64,000 nt of DNA from Pseudonocardiales bacterium (GTDB taxonomy: Bacteria > Actinomycetota > Actinomycetes > Mycobacteriales > Pseudonocardiaceae): the NCBI GenBank assembly GCA_003244055.1, contig QHBZ01000217.1, positions 8,750 to 72,749 on the forward strand, in the 5' to 3' direction. The notes below the pieces were generated by a model. The model was given only the letters and a program-made list of their open reading frames with translations, ran no database searches and had not been told where the DNA came from. The translations under genes were made by a program, and so were the position numbers. Below, one piece after another: positions 38,439 through 48,854 of the stretch (position 1 is its first letter; each line of letters opens with the position of its first letter).

Positions 38439-39225
38439 GCCAGCCCGGCTACGACCGCCAGTACCGCGAGCAGGGCGATGAGCATGTACGCAAGATAGGC
38501 GTCGAGGCGGCCGTTCTGCAGTCGCTTCGCGAGGTGCACGACCATCAGTAGCGGTAGGCGCAGCGGGCGGAACAGGAACCGTTCGACCACCTCGACGACG
38601 TCGGTGGTGTAGCCCAGGTGAGTTCCTGCGGCGTCTCGGTGCGGGTCGCCGGTGCGCCCACCGGACTCCCGTTCGAGGACGGTCAACTCAGACCGGGTGA
38701 GCAGCAGGTTGGCCAGCACCTTGCGGGTCGGGTTGGCGAACCCGAAGGGGGTGTACTGGTTCTCGCCGCTCACCCCGCCGGTTGCCGAGCGCCATGCCGG
38801 CACCCGGCGTACCGCAAACATCCGACCCCGCCCGAAGACGATGCACATCCCCAGCACCGCCAGCAGCAACAACGGCATGACGACAACGAGCCAGGACGGC
38901 GACAGCGCGGAGAACTCGGAATAGACCGGCTGCAGCACCCACTCCGACTTCAGCGCGCCCGCGGCGACGTCGCGGCCCACTACGGGGTCGAGCCCGGCGA
39001 TCAGCACCCGGATCCACAGCGGAGCGACCGCTGCCACGCCCAGACATCCCACCCCGAGCAGGGCCAGCCCGGTGGCGCCCAGCGGACCGACGTCGCGGCC
39101 GCGAGTCGCTTCCCGCGGCCCACGAGGGCCGAGGACAATGAGACCGACGATCCGGACGAACGCCACCGCGGCGAACCCGGCGGTGATCGCGACCAGGGCA
39201 CCGGCCAGCGCCAGCGGCAGATCGA
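38435..39225 (-). pseudogene. C-terminal fragment of a HyfB/NuoL-like (Rv0083-type) membrane subunit
   Basis: DLPLALAGALVAITAGFAAVAFVRIVGLIVLGPRG...ENQYTPFGFANPTRKV...AKRLQNGRLDAYLAYML. No N-terminal ~400 aa are present. Confidence 0.7.
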
Positions 39226-40140
39226 CAAACCGAAGCGGGCCTCGTTGAAGGGAAAGTCGGTCAGGATGTCCCCGACGAAAATCGACGGGTACAGCATGAG
39301 GTTGTGAAATGACGCCGAGCGCGGCGCGCAGTAGCTGATCCGCCCGTCATCGGCCAGCTCCAGCAGGTAGAGCACCTCACCCTGGGGAGCCTCGGCCCAT
39401 CCCACGGCCTGCCCGGCAGCTGGCTTGACGGCCACCCGGAGTCGCTCGACGTCAGAGTCGGGCAGCCGCCCGATCGCGTGGCGGGCGAGGTCGAACGCGG
39501 TATCGATCTCCTCGACCCGGACCTGCATCCGGGCCTGCGCGTCGCCCGCATCGCGGCTCGGGACAGGTGGCGGGGCGAGCTGGTGGTACCCGTCGTAGGG
39601 ACGGGTCACCCGGCAGTCGTCGGCGCAGCCAGAACCGCGGCCGATCGGGCCGAGCGCGCCGTGGTTGCGGGCCAGCTGGGGTTCCAGCGGTCCGGCGGTG
39701 CGGACCCGATCCAGGAACGAGGAGGTGCCCAGCAACGCGCGCACGTCACCGTCGATGGCGTGCTCCAACCTGTCGAGCTCGACAGTGACCTGGTCCTCGG
39801 GCACCGCGCCCTCGCGGTGTGGCAGCACCAACGGGTCCAGCCGGGGGTGCCCATCAGGCACCAGCCCGACCAGGTCGTGGATCGCCCGCTCATACCAGAA
39901 CGCCGCAGGCAGCTGCGGCGTCAGCGCCGAATAGTGCGTGACGCCCGCCGGCAGCGCCGCGCTCAGCGGGGTGATGCCACCGTCGTGTGCGACGAGCGCG
40001 GTTAGCCCTGTTCCCCTTGTAGGCTTGCCGCGGCCCAGCAGCGCGGCGAACCGCTGCCCGCTGGCCAGCCGCAGGTGCACCGCCTGGTGCAGGGCGCTGA
40101 CCGGATCCTGTGCGAGGTCGCGGACCGCAGAACGGCTCAC
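39226..40140 (-). pseudogene. HycE-like (NuoC+NuoD fusion, Rv0087-type) subunit with an internal deletion and a lost 3' end
   Basis: The NuoC-like part PAAFWYERAIHDLVGLVPDGHPRLDPL is joined near 39786-39816 to the last ~190 aa of the NuoD-like part (GPIGRGSG...PRSASFHNL...DFPFNEARFG). It then reads into the next fragment out of frame. Confidence 0.7.
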
Positions 40141-41022
40141 AACGCACCTCCTAGCTCAGCGGCCCCCCGGGCGATCAGCGCGGTGAGCGCGTCCGGTGGG
40201 TGCAGACCCAACACGAGAAGCGCTATCACCCCCACGACCATGGGAACCACCATCCAGGCGCTCGGCTCGCCACGCGGCGCGCTCGCGGCTCCTGGGCCGT
40301 CCTTCTGCGGCACGAACAGCATCCGGGTGGTGGCCATCGACAGCCCGAGGAACGCGAGCGTGACCAGCGCGACCATCGCTGCCGCGGGGGCGAAGTGGGA
40401 CGAGCGCAGGCCCCCGGCGACGATCATGAACTCGCTGCGGAACAGCCCGAACGGGGGTAGTGCAGACAGCGCGAGGATCGCGAGCAGGAACAGCGGAGCG
40501 GTCCACGGCAGGCGGTCGAAGCCGCCCCCGATCCGCGCGAGGTCCTTGGTGCGGTACGCGCGAACCAGTACGCCGGCGCCGAAGAACGCGTTGCCCTTGG
40601 CCGCGGCGTGGGCCAGCACGTGCAGCAGCACCCCGGCGAAGGCGATCGGTGCGCCGAAGGAGACCCCGATGGCCAGGATGCCCATGTGCTCGACGCTGGA
40701 GTAGGCCAGCAACCGCTTGAGATTGCGCTGCTCGACCAGATACAGCGCGGCCAGCAGCAGCGACAATGTCCCGAACACGAGCAGTACCCCACGCGGGAAA
40801 CCGGTGCCCAGGGTGGCGGCGGCGATCTGGTAATAGCGCAGCACGGCGTAGAAGCTGACCGCGAGCAGCGAGCCGGACAGCATCGCCGAAACCGGGGTGG
40901 GGGCCTCGGAATGCGCGTCGGGCAGCCAGGTGTGCACCGGGAAAAGCCCGACCTTGGTGCCGAACCCGACCACCGCTAGCACGAACGCGAGTTGCACCGC
41001 GGGGTGCGGCAGATTGTCGAGC
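40137..41022 (-). pseudogene. HycQ/NuoM-like proton-pumping subunit, 5'-truncated
   Basis: Starts mid-protein at LDNLPHPAVQLAFVLAVVGFGTKVGLFPVHTWLPDAHSEAPTPVSAMLSG. Confidence 0.7.
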
Positions 41023-41722
41023 CCCAGCGAAGCAGCGCCAGGTAGGGCCCGGAGTGCTCGAATGGCCGAGCCTCCTCGATCATCCCGAACTCGTTGGTGC
41101 CGGTGTGCGTCTCGACCGGGATCCGCCCGGTCTCATAAAGGATCACCATGAACAGCGCGGCGGCGGCCAGCAGATGCGCCGGGCGGACGATCTGGTCAGC
41201 CGAGGCCCGGACCGTCTTGGCCATCGCGTAGGGCAGGTCGGTGCCGGTGATCAGCGCGACGGTGAACACCACGAACAGCACCACCGGCTCGGTGATCGCG
41301 GCAAACGTCTTGGCGCGGCTCGCCCCCAACTGGGCGTAGGGCGATCCGGTGCCGGCCGCGGCGATGGCGATGACGAAGCTGGCCAGAGCGAGGATGAACC
41401 CGCCGCCCAGGATGTCGCCCATGTAGCCGAACGGCAGCGGGAATGTGGTGAGCACCGGGATGAGCAAAGGCACGGTGAGGTAGCAGGTCATCGCGATGAG
41501 CGGCGAGGCCAGGAATACCCAGCTCGACCCGATCGGTGCCAGCGCCTCCTTGCGGAACAGCTTGGCGATGTCGTAGTAGGGCTGCAGCACGCGCGGCCCG
41601 CGCCGACCCTGCAACCGGGCCTCCACCCGGGCGATCACGCCGTTGATCCCCGGCGCTCCGACGAGCACCGTCAGGACCTGCAGTGTCTGCACCGCGGGGA
41701 TAGGAAGCGTCATCGCCGGCAC
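41023..41722 (-). pseudogene. HycD/NuoH-like subunit, 3'-truncated and fused out of frame to the hycQ fragment
   Basis: The N-terminus is intact (APGINGVIARVEARLQGRRGPRVLQPYYDIAKLFRKE). Homology stops at EHSGPYLALLRW (~41024). Confidence 0.7.
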
Positions 41723-41924
41723 CGCGATTTGGCAGGTCGGCTCGACCAGTGCCCTTCGATCACCCCGGACCTCCTCTACCGTCGACCAACGCGGCTGCGT
41801 TGGATGATGCGGTAGAGACCGTTAGCGGGCCGGGTGGTCCGCGGTTTCGGCGAGCCTCATCGCCGTAGCTCCAGTGTGACCGGTGATCGCGAACCGACGC
41901 AAGTGGGACGCGGCGACCAGCGGT

Positions 41925-42998
41925 CTAGAGGGGCTGGGCGAGGCGCAGGTCGGCGCGGCGCGACTCATCGGTGACCGCGGCCAGCGCGGGCACCATCTCG
42001 CTGGTGACCACGCCGTGCTCGGTGGTGAGCTCGTCGACGATGTCGAAGGAAGTCGCGATCCGATCCGGCGTGTCGACGATGATCGTCACGACCGGCACCC
42101 GGCGGCCCAGCTGCAGCAGTCGATCACCGTGCGGGGCGGTCTCGCCATGAAAACCCCACATCCCGCGCAGCGCGGTGGCGCCACGGGCGCCGGAGGCCCG
42201 CAGCCGTCGGACCAGCGCTCGGTGCACCGGTTGCCCGTCGTGCAACGCGCGTTCCGAGGTGTGGACCATCAACTTCTGCCACACTGCCAACCCGTGCTCA
42301 TCGGTAGCCGGCAGGGCGCCCGGGCGCTCGATGAGCTCGCCGTTGCGTTTGCACACCCGGACCCGTTCCAGCGTGATCAGCGGCCGGCGCAGCAGGCCCC
42401 CGAGTTCGGGCAGAACCCGGGCGATGCGCTCACCTGAACCAACCGCGATGATCATCATCGGCACGTCGGCGTTGCGCCCGAAGAACCCTGCGCGGGTTCG
42501 TAGACCGTGCGCCGTCCCGTCGACGCCCAGCAGCACGGTGGCGCCCGCGATGCCGCGACGGTGCAATAGGTCGCAGACCGCGACGAAGGCGGGCACCCGG
42601 TAGACGCGTTCCTGCCGGCCGACGTAGACGGTCAGCTTGGTGGCCTCGTGCGGCTCCTCGGGCAGCTGCACCGGATCGATGTCGTCGAGCAGCATCCGCG
42701 CCCGCTCCAGGGTCACCAGCCCGCGGTGCTCGATCGCCTGCAGGTCATCGAGCAGCGCTTCGATCCTGGACCGGCTGTCCACGGCGACCGAGACGAGCGG
42801 CAGGTCCTCGGACAGGGTGAGCAGCCGGTCAGTCCGCAAATGATGCTTGAGTCCGAATCCCTCCGCACCGCGAAGCAGGATGCTGGTAGCGATCTCCCGC
42901 TGCCCGAACAGCTGCAGCTGGATGTCGGCGAGAAATGCTCGGTCGCTCCGGTGCCGCTCACCGAAATAGGTGGTCAGCTTCAGGCAGTCCTCGATCAC
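41925..42998 (-). CDS. protein made of three tandem DUF190 (PII-like, CrcB-associated) domains
   Basis: Three ~115-aa repeats each begin with a K-L-T/M-V/T-Y/H pattern: CLKLTTYFGE, ATKLTVYVGR, WQKLMVHTSE. GTGA overlap with crcB. Confidence 0.8.
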   Translation of the reverse strand: MIEDCLKLTTYFGERHRSDRAFLADIQLQLFGQREIATSILLRGAEGFGLKHHLRTDRLLTLSEDLPLVSVAVDSRSRIEALLDDLQAIEHRGLVTLERARMLLDDIDPVQLPEEPHEATKLTVYVGRQERVYRVPAFVAVCDLLHRRGIAGATVLLGVDGTAHGLRTRAGFFGRNADVPMMIIAVGSGERIARVLPELGGLLRRPLITLERVRVCKRNGELIERPGALPATDEHGLAVWQKLMVHTSERALHDGQPVHRALVRRLRASGARGATALRGMWGFHGETAPHGDRLLQLGRRVPVVTIIVDTPDRIATSFDIVDELTTEHGVVTSEMVPALAAVTDESRRADLRLAQPL

Positions 42999-43360
42999 AG
43001 GTGGCTCCCGAGCAGCCGACCGAGCGCGGCGGCGGCGACGCCGGCGACCAGGCTCACCACGATGTTCGCCGCCAGACTTGGGACTTGGCGATCCTCGCCA
43101 AGGCGTTGGGTCTCGAACATCCAGGTCGAAAAGGTCGTGTAGGAACCTACCGCGGCGGTGCCGGCCAACAGCGCCTTGTCGTGGCTCAGCGCCAGGCCTG
43201 TGACCAGGCCCAGCAGCACCGCGCCAGAAAGGTTGACCACCAACGTGCCGTACGGGAACGCGCGGCCCGTCCGGGAGGAGATCGCACCATCTACGACGAA
43301 GCGCAGCACCGAACCCGCGCCGCCGATCAGCGCCGCCCCAACCCACAGTACGACGATCAT
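42995..43360 (-). CDS. crcB: fluoride channel CrcB/FluC
   Basis: [15 protein letters not shown] and GSYTTFSTW motifs. Confidence 0.9.
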   Translation of the reverse strand: MIVVLWVGAALIGGAGSVLRFVVDGAISSRTGRAFPYGTLVVNLSGAVLLGLVTGLALSHDKALLAGTAAVGSYTTFSTWMFETQRLGEDRQVPSLAANIVVSLVAGVAAAALGRLLGSHL

Positions 43361-43776
43361 GTCCGGAGCCGGACCCGTCGCACCATGGCGGTGGCAAGAT
43401 GGATCGCGGCATAGCCACCGACAACGCTCGCCGACGCATATCCAACGGCGAGCCCGAACTGGCGGGCGTCAATCATCCTGAGCAACTCCACCTGCATCGT
43501 CGAGAACGTGGTGAGCCCGCCGCACAGACCGGTACCCAGTAGCGGGCGCCGGTAGCTGGACAGCGGCAACCGCTCCTGCAGGCGAGTGGCGAAGTAGCCC
43601 AGCAAGAACGCCCCAACAAGGTTCACTGCGAAGGTTACCCACGGCCAACTCGATGCCGCCTGGGGATAGGCCTCGCTCAACAGTCCACGACACAGGGCGC
43701 CGATGCCTCCGCCGGCGAAGACCGCCGCCACCTCCCGCCGGTCCGGTGTAGGCATCACGGTCGCCGATTCAAACAC
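43357..43776 (-). CDS. crcB: fluoride channel CrcB/FluC, second paralog (alternative ATG start at 43755)
   Basis: [15 protein letters not shown] and GGLTTFSTM motifs. 4-nt overlap with the first crcB. Confidence 0.85.
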   Translation of the reverse strand: MFESATVMPTPDRREVAAVFAGGGIGALCRGLLSEAYPQAASSWPWVTFAVNLVGAFLLGYFATRLQERLPLSSYRRPLLGTGLCGGLTTFSTMQVELLRMIDARQFGLAVGYASASVVGGYAAIHLATAMVRRVRLRT

Positions 43777-44008
43777 GGTCGTCCACCGCGACCGGCGTCG
43801 ACACCGGTCCGTTCGCCGTTCGCTGGGTGACGAGTTTGCTGGCTACCACACCCCCCGCGGGATCCCCACACGAGCAACCCCTACCGCGTGCCGCGCAATA
43901 CGGAGGCGGGACCATCCAATAAAACATACCAGCGAGTTTGTTTGCGCCGCCACCTGAAAAACTCCAATGCAGCCTAGAGCGCTTGAGGCGGGTAGCTTTC
44001 ACAGCGTC

Positions 44009-44689
44009 ATGTCCAGCACCGGTCGGCCAAGTCCCGGAGCCGGCGACAGCGATGCCAGCGCAGGCCGGGCCGCGCAGCAGCCGCGGGCTCGGGCGACTCG
44101 GCTGGCGATCTTGACCGCCGCTGCCGAGCACTTCGCTCGAGACGGGTACCACGCAACCTCCTTGGACAGCGTGCTGGCCGACAGCGGTGGAACCAAGGGG
44201 GCGATGTACTTCCACTTCGCCTCCAAGGAGGCGCTGGCGCGGGCGGTTATCGCCGAGATGGTGCGGGGATGGAGAGATCTTCGCGGGCATATCGGTCATT
44301 CCGGGCTTGACCCGCTCTCGGCGCTGTTAGCGCTGGTCGACGAGGTGATCACGCGTCTGGTCGAGGATCCGATCGCCCGCGGTGGTACCCGGTTGGTCCA
44401 CGACCTGCCCAGGGGCCCCCAAGACGCCAGCGAGCACTACGCCTGCGGCGAACGCGACACCCTGGCTTTGTTGGCCCAGGCCGCGCAAGCCGGCCTGCTC
44501 CGGGAAGGGATCGACCCCGCGCTGGTCGCCCGGCAGATCATCGCACTGATAGCTGGCCACCGGCAGATCTGCGACGTTGTGGAGCATCGCCACAACCTAC
44601 GGCAGCGGGTCGATGAGGCTTGGGCACTCCTGCTCCCGACGATCGCCACCGATGCGTGGTTGGCCACTTGGCGGGCCGCGGCACCTTGA
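44009..44689 (+). CDS. TetR/AcrR-family regulator (ScbR/ArpA-like N-terminus)
   Basis: TRLAILTAAAEHFARDGYHATSLDSVLADSGGTKGAMYFHFASKEALA. Confidence 0.85.
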   Translation: MSSTGRPSPGAGDSDASAGRAAQQPRARATRLAILTAAAEHFARDGYHATSLDSVLADSGGTKGAMYFHFASKEALARAVIAEMVRGWRDLRGHIGHSGLDPLSALLALVDEVITRLVEDPIARGGTRLVHDLPRGPQDASEHYACGERDTLALLAQAAQAGLLREGIDPALVARQIIALIAGHRQICDVVEHRHNLRQRVDEAWALLLPTIATDAWLATWRAAAP

Positions 44690-44810
44690 TAGGTCCAACG
44701 CTGAGAGATATCGGGTGTGTCGCGGCGTGTTGTGGAACAAGTTGCGGTAAACATTGCCCGGAATTACTTAAAGTCGGTGCCCGAACAAGAAGTGATCGGC
44801 TGATTAGAGG

Positions 44811-44847
44811 GGCCCCGGCGTCACGGGGGCAACGCGACGCCGGGGCC
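44811..44847. terminator. 12-bp GC-rich hairpin between convergent genes
   Basis: GGCCCCGGCGTC (13-nt loop) GACGCCGGGGCC. Confidence 0.5.
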
Positions 44848-44980
44848 GTGAACCCGATCCGTCCGGGCGCGGTCGGACAGATCGGGGGTTCATGGCGGCA
44901 GGGTTGGTCAACCTGGGATCGGCGAAAGCCGACCCGGGGACCGGTCGCCGGAGACGGCGACCCACCCGGGTGTCGCGAGA

Positions 44981-45874
44981 TCAGTCCGGTGATGAGGAAG
45001 GCTGCTCAGCAGGCGACCGTGGGAGGTCGCTGGCGCTGAGATACCCCAGACGATGCGTCGAGGCCAGGCCTGCGTTCGTCCAGCTTTCGTTTACCGCGAG
45101 GTCCGGGGAGCCCTTGGTGCCGCCACCGCCTGCGGCGCTGCCGATCATGCATTGGGCAGTCGAGCTTTCCGGTGGATTTTGGGGCATCGGGGCCCCTGGG
45201 TCGCCACCGACGGCAAACTCCTCGGAGCGAGGGTGCTCAGCGGGCACAGCGGCGTCGCAGACTGGAGAGTGGGACAGGGTGTGGCCCGCTGTAGCAGGCA
45301 CGGACGTCACCGCGCGAGCCGGCGCAGGTGCCGGCACGGCCGCTGCCCGAACGGTGGGCGCGGCTGGTGGGACTGCCGCGAGTAGGTGAGCCGGTTCCGG
45401 CGACCGGGCACCGGCGCTGTGCTGTGCGGGCGCGGACATCGGTCGGGATACCGCTGAGAGGACGTGGGTCAGAGGTCGTGGCACCGTGACAGCCCGCACG
45501 ACTGGTTTCACAACATCGACGTGTTTCAGAACATCGACCGGTTGGACGGACAGCCGTGGTATCGAGGTTTGAGACAGCGCGCCTTTCACGGTCGACGCGA
45601 CTGCGGGCGGCAGGCCGAACTGTGCGTCGGACCCACCATCGGATGGTCCGGCAATATCACCCGGATCGCCGGCCAGCCGCACCGAGCCGGTGCTCGGCTG
45701 CCCCAGGTCCTCAGTCGCATGGCCGACACCGGATCCCAGCAGCCACCCTACGATGACGAGGCTGGAGAGCAGGACGAACCGTAATAGCGCGCGCACCACC
45801 CCGCGGGGCGCATACCTCGCGCCACCTGCATCGGGGATGGTGGCCACCGGTTCCCCCTCGACCCTTCCGTCCAA
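44981..45874 (-). CDS. Pro/Ala-rich secreted or anchored hypothetical protein
   Basis: N-terminal anchor LLRFVLLSSLVIVGWLLGSGVGHA. The remainder is low complexity and the start is uncertain. Confidence 0.5.
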   Translation of the reverse strand: MDGRVEGEPVATIPDAGGARYAPRGVVRALLRFVLLSSLVIVGWLLGSGVGHATEDLGQPSTGSVRLAGDPGDIAGPSDGGSDAQFGLPPAVASTVKGALSQTSIPRLSVQPVDVLKHVDVVKPVVRAVTVPRPLTHVLSAVSRPMSAPAQHSAGARSPEPAHLLAAVPPAAPTVRAAAVPAPAPARAVTSVPATAGHTLSHSPVCDAAVPAEHPRSEEFAVGGDPGAPMPQNPPESSTAQCMIGSAAGGGGTKGSPDLAVNESWTNAGLASTHRLGYLSASDLPRSPAEQPSSSPD

Positions 45875-45989
45875 TCCGGACTGGCCCGGACAGTAGTGAC
45901 TTCACACTACACGCTGTGACTGAATAGCGTAATATCCGTAGTGATTACAGAAGTGGCTCCTGGCCGGCCGCCCAGGTGGTCCTCCGGTG

Positions 45990-47180
45990 TCATCGTCGGG
46001 CTGACGTGAGGCGAGCTATTGCCTCGTCGAGCACGTCGTCGCGCTTGCAGAACGCGAAGCGCACCAGATGTCGCCACGGCGCCGGATCATCGACGAAGAC
46101 CTGCACCGGTATCGCCGCCACCCCAACGCGAGCGGGCAGCTCACGGCAGAATTCCAGACCGTCGGCATACCCGAGCGGCCGGACGTCAGCGCAGATGAAG
46201 TAGGTCCCTGCCGAACCGAGCACACCCAACCCCGCCGCGCGCAGCCCGGCGGCCAACCGGCGCTGTTTGTCCTGCAAGGCCGCTCGATGCGCCGCCACCC
46301 AGCCACGTTCGGCGCGCAGCGCGTGGGCCACGGCCGGCTGCAACGGAGCTCCCCCGACGAAGGTCAGGAACTGTTTGACCGCTCGTACCGCGGCCACCAG
46401 ATGCGCGGGCCCGCACACCCAACCGATCTTCCAGCCGGTGACGCTGAACGTCTTGCCCGCACTGGACACCGACAGGGTGCGCTGAGCCATCCCCGGCAAC
46501 GTGGCGATCGGTAGGTGCCGCGCGCCGTCGAAAACCAGATGCTCATATACCTCGTCGGTGATCACCAGCAGATCATGCTCAACCGCCAGCGCCGCCACCG
46601 CTTCCAGCTCACGACGGCGCAATACCGTTCCGGTGGGGTTGTGCGGGCTGTTGAGCACCAGTGCCCGAGTGGCCGGAGTGATGGCCGCCGCCAGCGCGTC
46701 GAGATCCAGCGTGAACCGGTCGGAGTCGGCTACCAGCGGCACGCATCGCCGGGTGGCGCCGGCCAGCGCGACGGCGGCGGGGTAGGAGTCGTAGTAGGGC
46801 TCGATGAGCAGCACCTCATCGCCCTGGCCGACCAGAGCGAGCAACGCAGCACTGATCGCCTCGGTGGCGCCGACGGTGACCAGCACCTCGGTATCCGGAT
46901 CGTGCACCAGGCCGTAGCAGGCTGCCCGCTGCTCGGATATGGCATCACGCAACTCAGGGATGCCCGGCCCGGGTGGGTACTGATTGTGCCCGCTCGCGAT
47001 GGCCGATCGAGCGACCTCGAGCATCCCGGCTGGGCCGTCGGTGTCCGGGAAGCCCTGGCCGAGGTTCACCGCGCCGGTCCGGTCCGCCAAAGCGGTCATC
47101 TCAGCGAAGATCGTCGAGCGCAACGGTCGCAGCCGGGGAATCAGTCCATGGGTTAGTCCGGGGGCGCGCACGACTGTCAT
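45990..47180 (-). CDS. class I/II PLP-dependent aminotransferase (KAT/DapC/MalY-like)
   Basis: NLGQGFPD, LNSPHNPTG, SSAGKTFSVTGWKIGW (PLP Lys). Confidence 0.9.
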   Translation of the reverse strand: MTVVRAPGLTHGLIPRLRPLRSTIFAEMTALADRTGAVNLGQGFPDTDGPAGMLEVARSAIASGHNQYPPGPGIPELRDAISEQRAACYGLVHDPDTEVLVTVGATEAISAALLALVGQGDEVLLIEPYYDSYPAAVALAGATRRCVPLVADSDRFTLDLDALAAAITPATRALVLNSPHNPTGTVLRRRELEAVAALAVEHDLLVITDEVYEHLVFDGARHLPIATLPGMAQRTLSVSSAGKTFSVTGWKIGWVCGPAHLVAAVRAVKQFLTFVGGAPLQPAVAHALRAERGWVAAHRAALQDKQRRLAAGLRAAGLGVLGSAGTYFICADVRPLGYADGLEFCRELPARVGVAAIPVQVFVDDPAPWRHLVRFAFCKRDDVLDEAIARLTSARR

Positions 47181-47233
47181 CCTGCTGCAAGCCCACCCGG
47201 CGAGGCACAATCGGCCGGGGCACAATCGACACA

Positions 47234-48484
47234 GTGGAGCTGACCCGCAACGAGCAGGACAAGCAGCGAGCGCTGCGTCAGATGAAGGCGATCGCGCTGG
47301 CGTTCCTGCTCGGCGCCGCGGTGGTGTTCATCATCGCGCAGCTCAATATCAACGCCGCCCCATGGGTGGGGTACGTGGCGGCGATGGCCGAGGCCGGGAT
47401 GGTCGGCGCGCTGGCCGACTGGTTCGCCGTGACCGCGCTGTTCCGCCACCCGCTCGGGTTGCCGATCCCGCACACCGCGATCATCCCGCGCAAGAAGGAC
47501 GCGCTCGGGGAGAACCTCGGTGACTTCGTGGGCGCGAACTTCCTCGCCGAGGAAGTGGTTCTCGACAAGCTGCGCCGGGTGGGGATCGGTGGTCGGCTCG
47601 GTGGCTGGCTGGCGCAGCGCGCCAACGCCGAGCGCGTCACCGCTGAGGTCGCGACCGCGGTGCGTGCCGCAGTGACGGTGCTGCGCGATGAGGACGTTTC
47701 CGCAGTGCTGGAGAACGCGCTGGTGAAACGCTTGATCGAGCAGCCATGGGGGCCACCACTTGGCCGGTTGCTCGGTCAGCTGCTCACCGACGGGGCGCAC
47801 CACAAACTCGTCGACCTGGTCACCGAGCGAGCTTATGAGTGGGTGCGCGACAACCACGAGGCGGTGTCGAGGGTGGTCAGCCGGCGATTGCCGGGCTGGT
47901 CACCGAGATTCGTCGACGGGCTGGTCGCCGACAAGCTCTACGGAGAGGCGCTGGCGTTCGCCTGGGCGGTGCACAGTGATCCCGAACACGCCATGCGCAA
48001 GGCCGTCGACACCTTCCTGCTGGAGTTCGCCCACGACCTGCGCACGGACCCAGCGACGATCGAGCGGGCCGAGGCGATCAAGCTCCAGGTGCTGGCCCAT
48101 CCGGAGGTGCAGATTCTGGTCGGTTCGGCCTGGGGCACCGCGAAGAAGCTGATCCTGGCCGCGGCCGAGGACTCGTCGTCGGAGCTGCGACGGCGGGTGC
48201 GCGACGGGCTGGTTGCGCTGGGTGGGCGGCTGGTCGAGGATCCGGAGCTGCGGTCGAAAGTGGACACCTGGCTCCAGGGGGTAGCCAGTTACGTGGTGGC
48301 CAACTACCGCGGGGAGATCACCACGCTGATCACCGATACGGTGCAGCGCTGGGATGCCCAAGAGACCTCCCGCAAGGTCGAGCTGCAGGTGGGTCGGGAC
48401 CTCCAGTTCATCCGGATCAACGGCACCGTGGTCGGGGCGCTGGCCGGGCTGGCCATCCACACGGTCGCGCAGTTCCTGCTGTGA
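47234..48484 (+). CDS. DUF445 family membrane-associated protein
   Basis: GALADWFAVTALFRHPLGLPIPHTAIIPRKKD. Confidence 0.8.
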   Translation: MELTRNEQDKQRALRQMKAIALAFLLGAAVVFIIAQLNINAAPWVGYVAAMAEAGMVGALADWFAVTALFRHPLGLPIPHTAIIPRKKDALGENLGDFVGANFLAEEVVLDKLRRVGIGGRLGGWLAQRANAERVTAEVATAVRAAVTVLRDEDVSAVLENALVKRLIEQPWGPPLGRLLGQLLTDGAHHKLVDLVTERAYEWVRDNHEAVSRVVSRRLPGWSPRFVDGLVADKLYGEALAFAWAVHSDPEHAMRKAVDTFLLEFAHDLRTDPATIERAEAIKLQVLAHPEVQILVGSAWGTAKKLILAAAEDSSSELRRRVRDGLVALGGRLVEDPELRSKVDTWLQGVASYVVANYRGEITTLITDTVQRWDAQETSRKVELQVGRDLQFIRINGTVVGALAGLAIHTVAQFLL

Positions 48485-48524
48485 TCGCCAGGGTGTCTGA
48501 CCTCGCGACTCTCCGCGCCGATCG

Positions 48525-48845
48525 TTGTCTGCGTATCCTGGGCGGGTGCTGCTGCAGTCGTTGGACATCTGGGTCTTCGAGATCCTGTACTGGCTTGCGA
48601 TCCCGGTTGGGCTCTTCGCGTTCGTTCACGCTGCGCTCCAGCGATCCGACGCCTACACCGCAACCGACAAGCTGACCAAGCCGGCCTGGCTGGGCATCAC
48701 CGGCGGCGCCACTGCCGCCTTGCTCCTGTTCTTTCCAGGGGGCAGCTTGCTGATGCTCTGGCTGATCGCCCTGGTGGCGGTGTTGGTCTACATCGTCGAC
48801 GTCAAACCGGCGGTGACCGAGGTGCAGCGCGGACAGCGCTGGTGA
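48525..48845 (+). CDS. DUF2516 family small membrane protein
   Basis: FAFVHAALQRSDAYTATDKLTKPAWLGIT. Confidence 0.7.
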   Translation: MSAYPGRVLLQSLDIWVFEILYWLAIPVGLFAFVHAALQRSDAYTATDKLTKPAWLGITGGATAALLLFFPGGSLLMLWLIALVAVLVYIVDVKPAVTEVQRGQRW

Positions 48846-48854
48846 CGCTGCTTT

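Noticed and set aside
43777-44008. Possible fluoride (crcB motif) riboswitch upstream of the crcB pair. The region has an AT-richer patch and a GGAUGGUCCCGCC string on the minus strand.
   Set aside because: I could not build the P1 helix and pseudoknot of the consensus (GGCGAUGG...CGCC...UGAUG...CCUAC). The flanking bases do not pair. The patch is more likely the divergent crcB/TetR promoter region. An Infernal search would settle this.
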